Source: a virus. From it: a stretch of 64,000 bases of DNA. Position 1 is the stretch's first letter. Each line of letters opens with the position of its first letter. The stretch lies in the IMG/VR virus record IMGVR_UViG_3300021431_000125; one strand, 5' to 3'. Under the pieces are notes generated by a model. The model saw nothing but the letters and a program-made list of their open reading frames with translations. It ran no database searches and was not told the origin of the DNA. A program made the translations under genes and the position numbers. Of this stretch, positions 1 through 9,305 are shown piece by piece.

Positions 1-128
1 TCACAATCTGGACATTTGATATAATTGTCTGGGTTAATTTCATTTACAGTGTATTCAAATACACATCCGCATTTGGGACATATGGTTGTAAATGATTTTT
101 GTTTTCCGTGTTTATAGATTATCGCCAT
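1..128 (-). CDS. partial small Cys-rich (zinc-ribbon-like) protein; N-terminal part only, continues past window start
   Basis: ATG at 126-128 (minus) then ...CPKCGC...CPDC pairs; runs off window edge. Confidence 0.35.
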   Translation of the reverse strand, partial: MAIIYKHGKQKSFTTICPKCGCVFEYTVNEINPDNYIKCPDC

Positions 129-384
129 TTTGGTTGTCGTTTAATGTTATATAAACAGTGTCCGCCTTAAGAGGACGATTGATGTAGATAGTATCGGTTT
201 GGTAAACGGTATCAGTTATCGTAACCGTGTCAATTATGACTTGTGGGTCAACGTTAGTTGGTTCAGGGTCATGTTTGACCAGGATGAAAATTATCAACAA
301 CAGAAACGCTATGGCACAAATCTTCCAGGCGGCGCTTTCAGCATCACTCATTATTACCATAAAGCTCACTATTGGTTTGGTCAA
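112..384 (-). CDS. small membrane protein (one predicted TM helix)
   Basis: ORF track 90 aa; hydrophobic stretch AIAFLLLIIFILV. Confidence 0.4.
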   Translation of the reverse strand: MTKPIVSFMVIMSDAESAAWKICAIAFLLLIIFILVKHDPEPTNVDPQVIIDTVTITDTVYQTDTIYINRPLKADTVYITLNDNQNGDNL

Positions 385-498
385 TAACGAAGGTTTCCTT
401 TTGTGTCTGCAAAACAGTGCTTTTAGTCAGGAAAACTATTGAAATAATGGCAAAAATCAAGCCAGCTATTAAACCAGTTGTATTCATAAGCCAGGATT

Positions 499-801
499 TT
501 ATATCATACTGTTTATTTTTCCGACAAGCGTCTCTTCGGATATAGCACCGACACTCTTATCTGCGATTTCTTTGTTTTTGACATACATAAACGTCGGTAC
601 GCTGCGTATTTTGTACTGGGTTGCAAGCTCTGGGCTCTCATCAACGTCAACATCAATGATTTTGACCTTGCCTGCGAATTTTTCTGCTACATTATTGACG
701 ATGGGTTCCATTGCTCGGCATGGCGAGCACCAGGGAGCTCCGAATTTTACAACTACTACTGGGTTGTTGTCCAAAATTTCATTAAATTCCTTTAATTCCA
801 T
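499..801 (-). CDS. thioredoxin
   Basis: 100 aa Trx-fold length, active-site motif APWCSPC (CxxC) at expected position. Confidence 0.9.
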   Translation of the reverse strand: MELKEFNEILDNNPVVVVKFGAPWCSPCRAMEPIVNNVAEKFAGKVKIIDVDVDESPELATQYKIRSVPTFMYVKNKEIADKSVGAISEETLVGKINSMI

Positions 802-823
802 TGTATTTTTGGTTTTGAATTTA

Positions 824-1138
824 TTATTTTTTCTTCCTATTCCCGTGTTTTACGTTAGGGGATTTTTTCTTTTTCCTTATACATTTATGCTTGGTGCGCG
901 GCGCATTGTCATACTGTTCCTTTTCGGAAGCTTTTAAAAGTTCCATGAACTTTTTTTGGTCTTCCTCGGACATGTTATCATAAAGTTCACTGAATCCGCT
1001 TAACTGCATACCAATCCTGGTTTCAATCTCAGTAAGCTTCTGGTTTGCGAAATTCAACAGTTCTTCACTTTTTTTGTACCCCTTTTTAAGCTTGATTGAG
1101 GGTTTTGTCTCGTTACTATTCGTTGTACTGTTTTCCAT
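824..1138 (-). CDS. hypothetical protein, Lys-rich C-terminus
   Basis: ORF track; same-strand packed array. Confidence 0.5.
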   Translation of the reverse strand: MENSTTNSNETKPSIKLKKGYKKSEELLNFANQKLTEIETRIGMQLSGFSELYDNMSEEDQKKFMELLKASEKEQYDNAPRTKHKCIRKKKKSPNVKHGNRKKK

Positions 1139-1169
1139 ACTTCGGTTTATATTGTGTTATATGTATTCT

Positions 1170-1186
1170 TAATATACAGAAATTTT
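1170..1186 (-). promoter_or_regulatory. class-II element, extended -10-like TGTATATTAA (mRNA sense AAATTTCTGTATATTAA)
   Basis: 31 nt upstream of ATG 1138. Confidence 0.4.
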
Positions 1187-1187
1187 T

Positions 1188-1487
1188 TTATTTTATCGAA
1201 ACTTTCTGATTCGCGGAGTCATTGTCGCAACACGGTCTGCTCTTAAGCAGATTTGTCAAATCGTTGATAGCCTCGTTCTTTGTTTTGTATTGGTCGATAT
1301 GGAATGGGTGTGCACCTTCAATGGAAACATTCAGGTAATATATCGGTTCTGTTGGTATTTCACGACCGAATGGATAATGGTCAATACCAATAAAAGAATC
1401 AATTGAAAAAGAGGTTATTTTATTGATATTGAACCAAGTATCACCACCGTCTTTGGCGAAAAAATCTTTATTAATCCAAACTAACAT
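1188..1487 (-). CDS. hypothetical protein
   Basis: ORF track; packed array. Confidence 0.5.
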   Translation of the reverse strand: MLVWINKDFFAKDGGDTWFNINKITSFSIDSFIGIDHYPFGREIPTEPIYYLNVSIEGAHPFHIDQYKTKNEAINDLTNLLKSRPCCDNDSANQKVSIK

Positions 1488-1771
1488 ATTTTAATTGATT
1501 TTACTGTTTTGCCGCCACCAGCTGGTCTACTTGAAATGAATTTTTCAAAAACATCGTGTATTTCCAAACGTTTTGAATAGTCTTCTTCCACAAAAACAAT
1601 TGTATCACCATGGGTTGTTTTTCCACCTATCTTCACAAATGTATCCCCAGTAATATTGTCTATCTCCTTATAGCACCTAATTGATATAAACGCGTTATAA
1701 TTATATATAACTAATTTACCTGATATTGTAAAAGTATCCCTATCAACCCATGTTAGGCTTTGTCTTTCCAT
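1481..1771 (-). CDS. hypothetical protein
   Basis: ORF track; 4-bp overlap with neighbours. Confidence 0.5.
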   Translation of the reverse strand: MERQSLTWVDRDTFTISGKLVIYNYNAFISIRCYKEIDNITGDTFVKIGGKTTHGDTIVFVEEDYSKRLEIHDVFEKFISSRPAGGGKTVKSIKIC

Positions 1772-2826
1772 TACCCACCGATTTTTTCGATTCTGAAGGT
1801 ATCACAGAACATACAGTCAACATCCCCGTTACTGAAATGGTAATCCATTTCATTAGGTACAAGGTTGTTGTATAGTTTATAGACTAAAGCGTAATACGGT
1901 CCCTGCACGCACATCAGCTCACTGTTGGTAACGGTCAGGCTAAACGGCTTCGGGTGTTCATGGCGGGCATAGAAAGTAAAGTGTTTACGGTTTCTGGCAT
2001 TTGAGAAAAAGTTATATCCGTCCAACGTATATGTTTTAACGTGCACATCTATACCGATAGAACTTTTGCACATTTCAGGAAAATGTTCAAGTTTATCGTA
2101 ATCACCGTATGATGTCATATCCGAAAGTTCAATCGTAATCTCATCGGCATTGATTGAATTGATTTCATACGGAAAATTGAAGTAGCGACCCATAAGGTCA
2201 AGTATCTTGTAAACCATATAAGTCTCTACAGTGAAAACCCTGGACGGATTCAGCTGTCCGAAGAAAACCTGTCTGAAATATTTGCTGTTAATCACAAGAG
2301 GGTTGTCCGTGAACTTTTTGATGAATTCGTCATAAGTCGCGCTGTTGAACATGATGTTTTTGTCAACGTAATTCATAGCCTGAAAGTTGGCTTTACACAA
2401 GTCAATCGACACAAGGGTCTTACCGATGTTGCCTTCATGGAAAATATTCTTGGACTTTTGCTTGTATTCATTTTTGTTGACACCGTAACGGTTCATGTCC
2501 ATTTGGTTGAACTTTATATATGCCTCGTTTTCTTTCACTGCGTTGATGACAGTGTTGCGTATGTCCAAAAACCCTTCAACAAATGATTGCGGATTACCGT
2601 CAAATTGTTCTTCAATCAAAAGGCAGAGTTTGTCCCATTTTTCAATCGTATTAAAAACCTTATCATAGTTTTCTATGTGATAGAAAAAAAGTTTTTCGTT
2701 TACAACTGGCATTGGCAACCTGTGCTCGTTCACAAACCTTGTAGCCATTGGGAATGTCCACAAATCTTTATAAACGGTGTTAGAGTCAATACAATTTTTA
2801 ATCTGTTTTATAATATCAGTATTCAT
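1771..2826 (-). CDS. hypothetical protein (351 aa)
   Basis: long ORF, no motif recognised. Confidence 0.6.
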   Translation of the reverse strand: MNTDIIKQIKNCIDSNTVYKDLWTFPMATRFVNEHRLPMPVVNEKLFFYHIENYDKVFNTIEKWDKLCLLIEEQFDGNPQSFVEGFLDIRNTVINAVKENEAYIKFNQMDMNRYGVNKNEYKQKSKNIFHEGNIGKTLVSIDLCKANFQAMNYVDKNIMFNSATYDEFIKKFTDNPLVINSKYFRQVFFGQLNPSRVFTVETYMVYKILDLMGRYFNFPYEINSINADEITIELSDMTSYGDYDKLEHFPEMCKSSIGIDVHVKTYTLDGYNFFSNARNRKHFTFYARHEHPKPFSLTVTNSELMCVQGPYYALVYKLYNNLVPNEMDYHFSNGDVDCMFCDTFRIEKIGG

Positions 2827-3076
2827 TAGATTGTTGAAATGTTTATGTTTTCAAAATTTACAACTACAGTCACTATGTTCCTGTATCCGCTTACTCTGAG
2901 ACTGTCTCTGATATCGTCAGCAGTCTGTTGGTCATTGTATAAGTTGGAATCGAGAACATTTTTAAACCAATCTATACCGTTGCCGCTGATTTTGCAGAAA
3001 CTGTTGTCCTCAGGGTTATGGATTACATACCGAACGCCACTTTGTTCCATAAGATGTATCTGTTTAATTTGTTATT

Positions 3077-3243
3077 TAATATTTAACTATTTCTTCAAGT
3101 GCTTCATCATAAAAAACCTCAAAGCCATCCGACGTGTGCACGATATTGATGAAAAAAACAGCAATATTGTAGCCTCTTGATTCAAATTCGTTCAAAAGTT
3201 TTGTGACTTCAAGTTTATCTGAACAGTGTTTGCTTATTATCAT
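3077..3243 (-). CDS. small hypothetical protein (53 aa) directly downstream of class-I promoter element
   Basis: hand-translated ORF MIISKHCSDKLEVTKLL...; ATG 5 nt after GGTTATA. Confidence 0.3.
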
Positions 3244-3248
3244 ATGTC

Positions 3249-3275
3249 TATAACCGAATTTAACTTGTTTTTTCC
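3249..3275 (-). promoter_or_regulatory. class-I promoter-like element GGAAAAAA-N12-GGTTATA (mRNA sense)
   Basis: plus strand TATAACC-N12-TTTTTTCC; 5 nt upstream of ATG 3243; 28/29 identical to copy at 3544. Confidence 0.55.
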
Positions 3276-3327
3276 TTATTAATTATGTACTACCCAAAAT
3301 TTAAAAATGTATTCAGTAAAACCGTCT

Positions 3328-3543
3328 TCATCGTTCTACTTTTTTAGGAAAGTGCATATGCCCAACGTGCCATTTACCACAATGTGAGCATTTGTATGCT
3401 TTATACTTTGGATTCAAATTATTTTCAATTATAAACTTTTTAGCATCATATTCAGTGTCATATTCAACTTTGGACACCATTTTGTTTTTACCCTTGTGAG
3501 TCCAGTGTTCATTAAGACAACTATTTAATTTCCTTCTGTTCAT
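3328..3543 (-). CDS. small zinc-binding protein
   Basis: CSHCGKWHVGHMH motif; start may be internal Met (3480) because promoter element abuts annotated ATG. Confidence 0.5.
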   Translation of the reverse strand: MNRRKLNSCLNEHWTHKGKNKMVSKVEYDTEYDAKKFIIENNLNPKYKAYKCSHCGKWHVGHMHFPKKVER

Positions 3544-3570
3544 TATAACCGAATTTAACTCGTTTTTTCC
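3544..3570 (-). promoter_or_regulatory. class-I promoter-like element
   Basis: TATAACC-N12-TTTTTTCC; abuts annotated ATG 3543. Confidence 0.55.
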
Positions 3571-3576
3571 TTGTGT

Positions 3577-4395
3577 TTACCTGACAGGAATTGCACCAAT
3601 ACTGTCAAAACGTTCCCTACCATCCTCATTGGTTAGTTGGAAACCATCAAAGGCTTTCCAATAATGACGTGTGTAAGTAGCTGGAATATTTGGATTTGTA
3701 CGTTCTCCAGTGTATTCAAATTCCTCTTCAACACGGTAAATGAACCGACCGAATTTCTTTCCATCCTCATAATCGTTCCAGTCAACACCAGTCATTTCCT
3801 TAAGGAGGTTAATCTGCTCGTCTGCGTTCAGGCTTTCAAGTTGTTTGTGTGAAATTCTAGCCTGAGCTGCCTGTTGTTTTGAGTTACGGATACAGTCAAT
3901 CTGCCTGTAAAGGAACCAGGCAAACACATCATTATATGTAGGTAGATTCCAACACTTACAGTCAAACTGATATAGTGGCATATCAACAATAGTATCAATA
4001 ACTTGATATGTAGGGATATATTTAATCGCGTGTTGAGTCATTAGATTATTGAACTTTGCCGTTGCCAATGAAGCTATGACAGACAACATTTTGGTAAGTC
4101 TGTAACCGAAGAATGACTCTGTATTCTCATTCTCGAAATCAGTGATAACCAATGAAATCTCATCTGACTGAACATAGCCGAATTTGGCACCTTCCACTTT
4201 GGAACATACATATTTGGCTGTCTCATTCATCATATCAATGAAATTATCGTCAAACGGTTTCTTAAACTTGTCCTTAATCATAGTTGAAAAACTTCTACCG
4301 TCGAGCATGACCATTACATATGACTTAGGCATAAGCTTGTAATCGGTCAAGCCACGGAAATACTCCATTCTGTCTTTTAATGTGTTAAATCTCAT
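3577..4395 (-). CDS. Thg1-like protein (tRNA-His guanylyltransferase family 3'-5' nucleotidyltransferase)
   Basis: SYVMVMLDGRSF...KPFDDNFIDMMNETA and catalytic SDE (YVQSDEISL) align with Thg1 palm motifs; FDCKCWNLP...FAWFLYRQID region also conserved. Confidence 0.85.
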   Translation of the reverse strand: MRFNTLKDRMEYFRGLTDYKLMPKSYVMVMLDGRSFSTMIKDKFKKPFDDNFIDMMNETAKYVCSKVEGAKFGYVQSDEISLVITDFENENTESFFGYRLTKMLSVIASLATAKFNNLMTQHAIKYIPTYQVIDTIVDMPLYQFDCKCWNLPTYNDVFAWFLYRQIDCIRNSKQQAAQARISHKQLESLNADEQINLLKEMTGVDWNDYEDGKKFGRFIYRVEEEFEYTGERTNPNIPATYTRHYWKAFDGFQLTNEDGRERFDSIGAIPVR

Positions 4396-4578
4396 ATTCT
4401 GTATCCTTTAATGTCTGTATAATTTTTGTCGGGGTTTATGTCAAAAGCGCAAAACCATTCACTCCAGTTGGTGTCACTGTATTTTTCAAGGAATCTGGCA
4501 TATTCTTCACATTTGAATTTGTCGTGGAAGTATATTATGTGTGCATGTGACGTCAAGGGGTACCATCTTCCTCCGAAC

Positions 4579-5034
4579 TTATACATGATTTTGTACATTC
4601 CAGTATTTGTTAAATATGCTTATTCCGTCAACATTGCCATATTTGCCAGGCTTAATGTACATGTAACAATCTGTGTCACAGATAAGTTCATCTATAATGT
4701 CAGGATGTTCTTTGCATACACGCTGGAACAGTTTGTTTATCTCTCGTTTCTGCCAGTACCGAACTAATGCAACTATTCCAAGTTTATAGTTAAACCATTT
4801 GCCTATCTTATCAAGAGTTAGTTGAAACTTACTACGTTTCACGTTAAATTTACCGTTCCAGAACAGCCACGAGCCTCCCCATAGCATGAAAAAATCAGTA
4901 CGATAACACCCGAATTTCTCCTTACCACAAACAAAAATATGCAGTTCTCTCAAACCTTTGTCAAGTTCACGTATAGTTTTGTTAAACTCATCACCATACT
5001 TCTGGAACCATTCATCACCCCATATGTGCATCAT
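4579..5034 (-). CDS. hypothetical protein
   Basis: ORF track. Confidence 0.5.
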   Translation of the reverse strand: MMHIWGDEWFQKYGDEFNKTIRELDKGLRELHIFVCGKEKFGCYRTDFFMLWGGSWLFWNGKFNVKRSKFQLTLDKIGKWFNYKLGIVALVRYWQKREINKLFQRVCKEHPDIIDELICDTDCYMYIKPGKYGNVDGISIFNKYWNVQNHV

Positions 5035-5043
5035 ATCTGAAAT

Positions 5044-5910
5044 TTAATATATTATTTCATCTGTTTTTAAATCCCTTAGCAACCCTTCGTCGTCAATGTA
5101 GAAGCACTTGTGACAGTCAATGCAAATGTTGCTGTTGTATACGGCAGGTGCGTCTATTACCCAGGTGTTCCAGGTGTGCTCCTCAATATTATGGTCAAAA
5201 ACCTGTTTTAACTGTTGTGTATGTCCGAATATTTGTACATAAGGGGTAGGGGGGGCCATAAAAAATTCATGGCAGTCACTCCAAACAATTGACCCGCATT
5301 CGCAATGCCCTCCACGATAAAATCCTATATCGTTTAGGGCATATCTGAATTTGAAATCCCCTTTGTTGAACATGTCGGTTAACGTTTTGCATATGGTTTC
5401 GGCACTGGTGGATAACACGTTATAATTCTCAATCAGTTTGTTTCTCTCAATCCATTCATTCTGGACGCCAGCGTGTGAAAACAGGAATACCCTGTCACTG
5501 GCTGGTGTTGCTTCTGAATCCGTTAGCTGGTACATTTTACCAGGTATTGTTGCCATGTCGATTATTTTGAACAATTCATGGTTTGATGTGAATATGTCAA
5601 ACAATTTGTTGGTATATTTAACATCAAACCTGTTGGCTGATACGTTCCATCTGTCATTCACACTACGGCGATAATACGACAAATCGTGATTGCCAATGAG
5701 CAATGTTACTATATCCGAATGGGACTTGGCGAATTCCACAATTTCCTCAAAGTTATTGATTGAGTCTAAGTAACTGATGCCTTCATATTCATAAGGGTCA
5801 TGGTAATCCCCTAAAAAGACAATCTTTTCACATTCGTCCACAAATGGGAGGATATCTTTCCAAAACTGCCTGCCATGTACGTCTGGCACCAATATAATTT
5901 TCTTTTTCAT
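5044..5910 (-). CDS. calcineurin-like metallophosphoesterase
   Basis: MPP motifs PDVHGR, LGDYHD, GNHD in order. Confidence 0.8.
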   Translation of the reverse strand: MKKKIILVPDVHGRQFWKDILPFVDECEKIVFLGDYHDPYEYEGISYLDSINNFEEIVEFAKSHSDIVTLLIGNHDLSYYRRSVNDRWNVSANRFDVKYTNKLFDIFTSNHELFKIIDMATIPGKMYQLTDSEATPASDRVFLFSHAGVQNEWIERNKLIENYNVLSTSAETICKTLTDMFNKGDFKFRYALNDIGFYRGGHCECGSIVWSDCHEFFMAPPTPYVQIFGHTQQLKQVFDHNIEEHTWNTWVIDAPAVYNSNICIDCHKCFYIDDEGLLRDLKTDEIIY

Positions 5911-6305
5911 ATTTCAATTAGTGATATATTGGTTAATATATCGTGTTTAATCATAAAATGGTAAGTTGTGATAAGTTCACAATTAACATAACACTCGGAA
6001 ACTCCAATAATTTTATATGGACATTTAGGTGAATTTGTCATAGCTAAGAATAAGTCAACTCTAATTACTTTACTACCTTTAAGTGCGTTTACATCTTTTT
6101 CATCAAAATATGACCCAAAATATTCTTGTATTTTTTCAATGTCAGTTGTTGTTAATTCACCATCATAATCTAAATCAAATGTATAACATAACATTTGTTT
6201 TCTCGGAAGATATTGTCCCTCTGTTTTCCATATATACAAAGCTTCGGTGTTATATTTAATTTCTACATCAAATTTTAATTCCAGGCTTTCTCTAGTGTAT
6301 TTCAT
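5907..6305 (-). CDS. hypothetical protein
   Basis: ORF track. Confidence 0.5.
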   Translation of the reverse strand: MKYTRESLELKFDVEIKYNTEALYIWKTEGQYLPRKQMLCYTFDLDYDGELTTTDIEKIQEYFGSYFDEKDVNALKGSKVIRVDLFLAMTNSPKCPYKIIGVSECYVNCELITTYHFMIKHDILTNISLIEI

Positions 6306-6646
6306 CGCTTAATTATTTCCATAGGGACAAAGACATCATATCCGTCGTCGTCTTCAAAATGATTAATTGTTTCCTCATATTGATGCCCCCATTTATGACG
6401 CACATACACAAACTCTCCATTACCCCATCTTGCTTTGCTGGCGTTTCTGCATTCGCCTTCATAGACCTTTCCAAAGACAAGTTCTGACTTCGGAATTGCC
6501 CTGACTGAGGCTGGCGAAACATTCTTTTCGTTGGCGAATATGTTAATGTTCACCTGTAATTCATTGTTTGTCATAAATACTGTCAATATAATACATACAA
6601 CCTTTTTTTGTACTTGAATGATATAAATCCTTGTCGTTGATATCAT
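6302..6646 (-). CDS. hypothetical protein (start probably internal Met ~6574)
   Basis: ORF track; overlaps upstream gene. Confidence 0.4.
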   Translation of the reverse strand: MISTTRIYIIQVQKKVVCIILTVFMTNNELQVNINIFANEKNVSPASVRAIPKSELVFGKVYEGECRNASKARWGNGEFVYVRHKWGHQYEETINHFEDDDGYDVFVPMEIIKR

Positions 6647-7001
6647 TTACCACCCAATCCCATTTTGTTTTCCTTATCGTATATCCTTTATAAAGGTAGT
6701 ACCCTTTAAAGATTCTCCATGGTTTGTCCGAGATTAGCTTGTTGATGAATTTTTTCCATTGTGGGTCGCTTTGCGGTAATTCCTTGCTTGTGTCGTCCAT
6801 ATCGAACAAATAGTAAAACGGAATGTGCAAGTTCCATACAATCGCTTGTTTAAGATTATATACCCTATTCTTACATTCTTCGGTCAGACCACAACAATGC
6901 ATGGCACAACCATAACAATCATCCGTCATACCCATCAGATTACAATGTCCGCCATCAGGATGCCCCATATATATTCCATTATCTTTAATAACTTCAATCA
7001 T
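6561..7001 (-). CDS. Cys/His-rich putative metal-binding protein
   Basis: HPDGGHCNLMGMTDDCYGCAMHCCGL. Confidence 0.5.
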   Translation of the reverse strand: MIEVIKDNGIYMGHPDGGHCNLMGMTDDCYGCAMHCCGLTEECKNRVYNLKQAIVWNLHIPFYYLFDMDDTSKELPQSDPQWKKFINKLISDKPWRIFKGYYLYKGYTIRKTKWDWVVNDINDKDLYHSSTKKGCMYYIDSIYDKQ

Positions 7002-7461
7002 TATGCACAGTGTTTAAAATGTCAATAGCTTTATAGCATTCACGTGTAGTTAAGCCATGTCTGTTGTCGCAATACACAAAATGTCTTATCTGTTCCTCCA
7101 GCATGTCCCTGTCATCATCGAGTATGGCATATGACTCCAAAGGTTCATGGTCTTTTTCGTAATCGTCAATCCACGCTTTAATTTCCTCGCCCCTTATACG
7201 GCTTGCGCAGTATGGTGTGACACTGGTGATTTTATATTTGAACCCGCATTCTTCAAGTCTTTTTTGTGTTTCGTTAGCATTACCGCGCCATGAAGACGAG
7301 AGTACAACCTCTGCGCCAGTTTCTTCGATAATATAGTTAAGGAACACTACAGCCCGTTCATCAATAAACTGGTCAGAATCAAGTTTTTTGGATTTTATAC
7401 GGTATACAGCATAATCCTCGGAATTCATAATGCCGTCGATATCAAGAAACAATGCCTTCAT
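6994..7461 (-). CDS. HAD-superfamily phosphatase-like protein
   Basis: motif I FLDIDGI, motif II VLSSSW, motif IV ILDDDRD. Confidence 0.6.
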   Translation of the reverse strand: MKALFLDIDGIMNSEDYAVYRIKSKKLDSDQFIDERAVVFLNYIIEETGAEVVLSSSWRGNANETQKRLEECGFKYKITSVTPYCASRIRGEEIKAWIDDYEKDHEPLESYAILDDDRDMLEEQIRHFVYCDNRHGLTTRECYKAIDILNTVHND

Positions 7462-7470
7462 ATGTGTTTG

Positions 7471-7773
7471 TTAATATATAAGGAGTTCATATCCTAAAGA
7501 TTCTATGTAATCCCCGATTTCTGATATACTAAAATCACTCAATTTTTGATGATAGTATTTCCCAATTTCCCTGTTTTTCTCATTCTCTTTAAAAAACGTA
7601 GCTCTTTCATACTCATCCATGGATAACAGGATATCTTCAAGACACACGTTTACGTGTTCAGCGCCATCCTGTTCCAGTTTCTGCTTTTCATATAGCGGAA
7701 GTGTATCGATAATTTTTTTCAGATTGATTAATGTATTCATGACTATATAACCGTTTTTATGATGTTTTTTCAT
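7471..7773 (-). CDS. hypothetical protein (start 7773 or 7740; track extends to 7815 through promoter elements)
   Basis: ORF track; class-I and class-II promoter elements lie in the annotated 5' end. Confidence 0.45.
   Translation of the reverse strand: MKKHHKNGYIVMNTLINLKKIIDTLPLYEKQKLEQDGAEHVNVCLEDILLSMDEYERATFFKENEKNREIGKYYHQKLSDFSISEIGDYIESLGYELLIY
7746..7771 (-). promoter_or_regulatory. class-I promoter-like element
   Basis: TATAACC-N12-TTTTTTC. Confidence 0.5.
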
Positions 7774-7775
7774 TA

Positions 7776-7792
7776 TTAATATACAGAAATTT
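7776..7792 (-). promoter_or_regulatory. class-II extended -10-like element
   Basis: TTAATATACAGAAATTT on plus strand. Confidence 0.35.
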
Positions 7793-7808
7793 CGTGAACT
7801 TGGTAAAA

Positions 7809-8429
7809 TCACCACCAGAGATGGAGAAAATATTTTGCAAACAAATCCAGACCGTTTTGTACTTTGACATTTTCGCGTTCCAAAATTTCACAACGTTTAT
7901 CCAATAGTTCCTGGTCATAGTTTTTGCCGTGCACAATATCATAATTGCCGTCTGGACGTTTCCTTTCCTTGTAATAACCAACCCAGTCAATACCCAATGA
8001 CTCATCAAGTTCATCGTCGTATTTGTCATAGTTGACTATATGGTCAAAAGCATAAATCATCTGGTCGATTGCGTCAAGCCAGTCTTCAAATTTATCAAAC
8101 TCTGGAGGGTAGCCATTAACAACTTTCTTGAATTCGACAAGCCTTGGCAATATGTATTTTGCTATAGTGTGGCCAAGATTCCATAGTTCGGTGTCGTCAA
8201 ACCCGCGCTCGATGCGTTGAGTTTTGTATTTGACGAGCCTTTCAACCTGTTTTGCCTGGTCGTTTGTCTGCCAGTAATAATCGTCAAACGCTTCGATACA
8301 GCTTCCGTTGCAGTTTGGAACGTTTATAGGGTCTACAGCATTAGCGGATTTCAATACCAAGTTCTTCAATTTAGCGTATTTGTTACGCTCTTTGTTTCGT
8401 TCACGGCTTCTTTTGTTCATAAGATTCAA
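7809..8429 (-). CDS. hypothetical protein
   Basis: ORF track. Confidence 0.5.
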   Translation of the reverse strand: MNLMNKRSRERNKERNKYAKLKNLVLKSANAVDPINVPNCNGSCIEAFDDYYWQTNDQAKQVERLVKYKTQRIERGFDDTELWNLGHTIAKYILPRLVEFKKVVNGYPPEFDKFEDWLDAIDQMIYAFDHIVNYDKYDDELDESLGIDWVGYYKERKRPDGNYDIVHGKNYDQELLDKRCEILERENVKVQNGLDLFAKYFLHLWW

Positions 8430-8672
8430 ATCAGTTTTAATTAAAGTGTATTGTAATTAATGTTTAATGGTACGAAATTGTCTTGTATTTCCGCCTCTTC
8501 AATATAAGGACCTTCGAATTTGAAAAGTTCAAGTTGATGATTATACACGTTATCTTTAAGATATTTCAAAAGTTCTTCTAATTCATGCAAGTTTTTTTCG
8601 GCATTAACCTTATCCGAATACCATTTACTGGTCTCCGTGTACCAGTGTTCCCATTCGCAGGTGTCAGCGTTA

Positions 8673-9305
8673 TTATAGCACAAGGTTGCTCTGTATATTT
8701 TCATTATCAAGATTTTTAAGTTGGTTAATAAGGGTTGTTATGTATTCTACAGCCCCTTTGCTTTTATAGTGTATCTCTTTTTCGGTTTCTGTTGAATTCT
8801 GGTCTATCGGAAACATCATTTCTTCATAAAACCGTTTCCAACTTCTTAGATGCATCAATAACTCGTCGACATCAAAATACAGTTTTTCTTTGAGTGGCGG
8901 GTTTTTTTCCTTTTCTAAGACCTTGTTGTAAACTTCCTCAAAATCGTTTAAATTGAAAGGTGTCATCTTATTGATTTTATAGCATTTTAAACCAAGCTTG
9001 TTACCGATTAATATTCTTACAATGTAAAGATATTCGATATCCCAGCTTATGTTATATACGTTTTCATAACCGCTGTCAATTGAACATATTGATTTTGCGA
9101 CATCGTCTATAGTAAAGAGAGACTTGTCGTTCTGTATGTACTTCTCCAGTTGGTTTTCAAGTTTTTTACCGACACCTGCTGGATAACCGTCATAGTGATG
9201 GTATATGTACGTCGGGCAAATCCTACTGCCTTCTTGCTCTATGATAATACTACATCTGGTTGCTATTGCCATATCATTTGTTTTTAATCGGAAGTTTTTT
9301 GACAA
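8673..9305 (-). CDS. hypothetical protein
   Basis: ORF track. Confidence 0.5.
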   Translation of the reverse strand: MSKNFRLKTNDMAIATRCSIIIEQEGSRICPTYIYHHYDGYPAGVGKKLENQLEKYIQNDKSLFTIDDVAKSICSIDSGYENVYNISWDIEYLYIVRILIGNKLGLKCYKINKMTPFNLNDFEEVYNKVLEKEKNPPLKEKLYFDVDELLMHLRSWKRFYEEMMFPIDQNSTETEKEIHYKSKGAVEYITTLINQLKNLDNENIQSNLVL

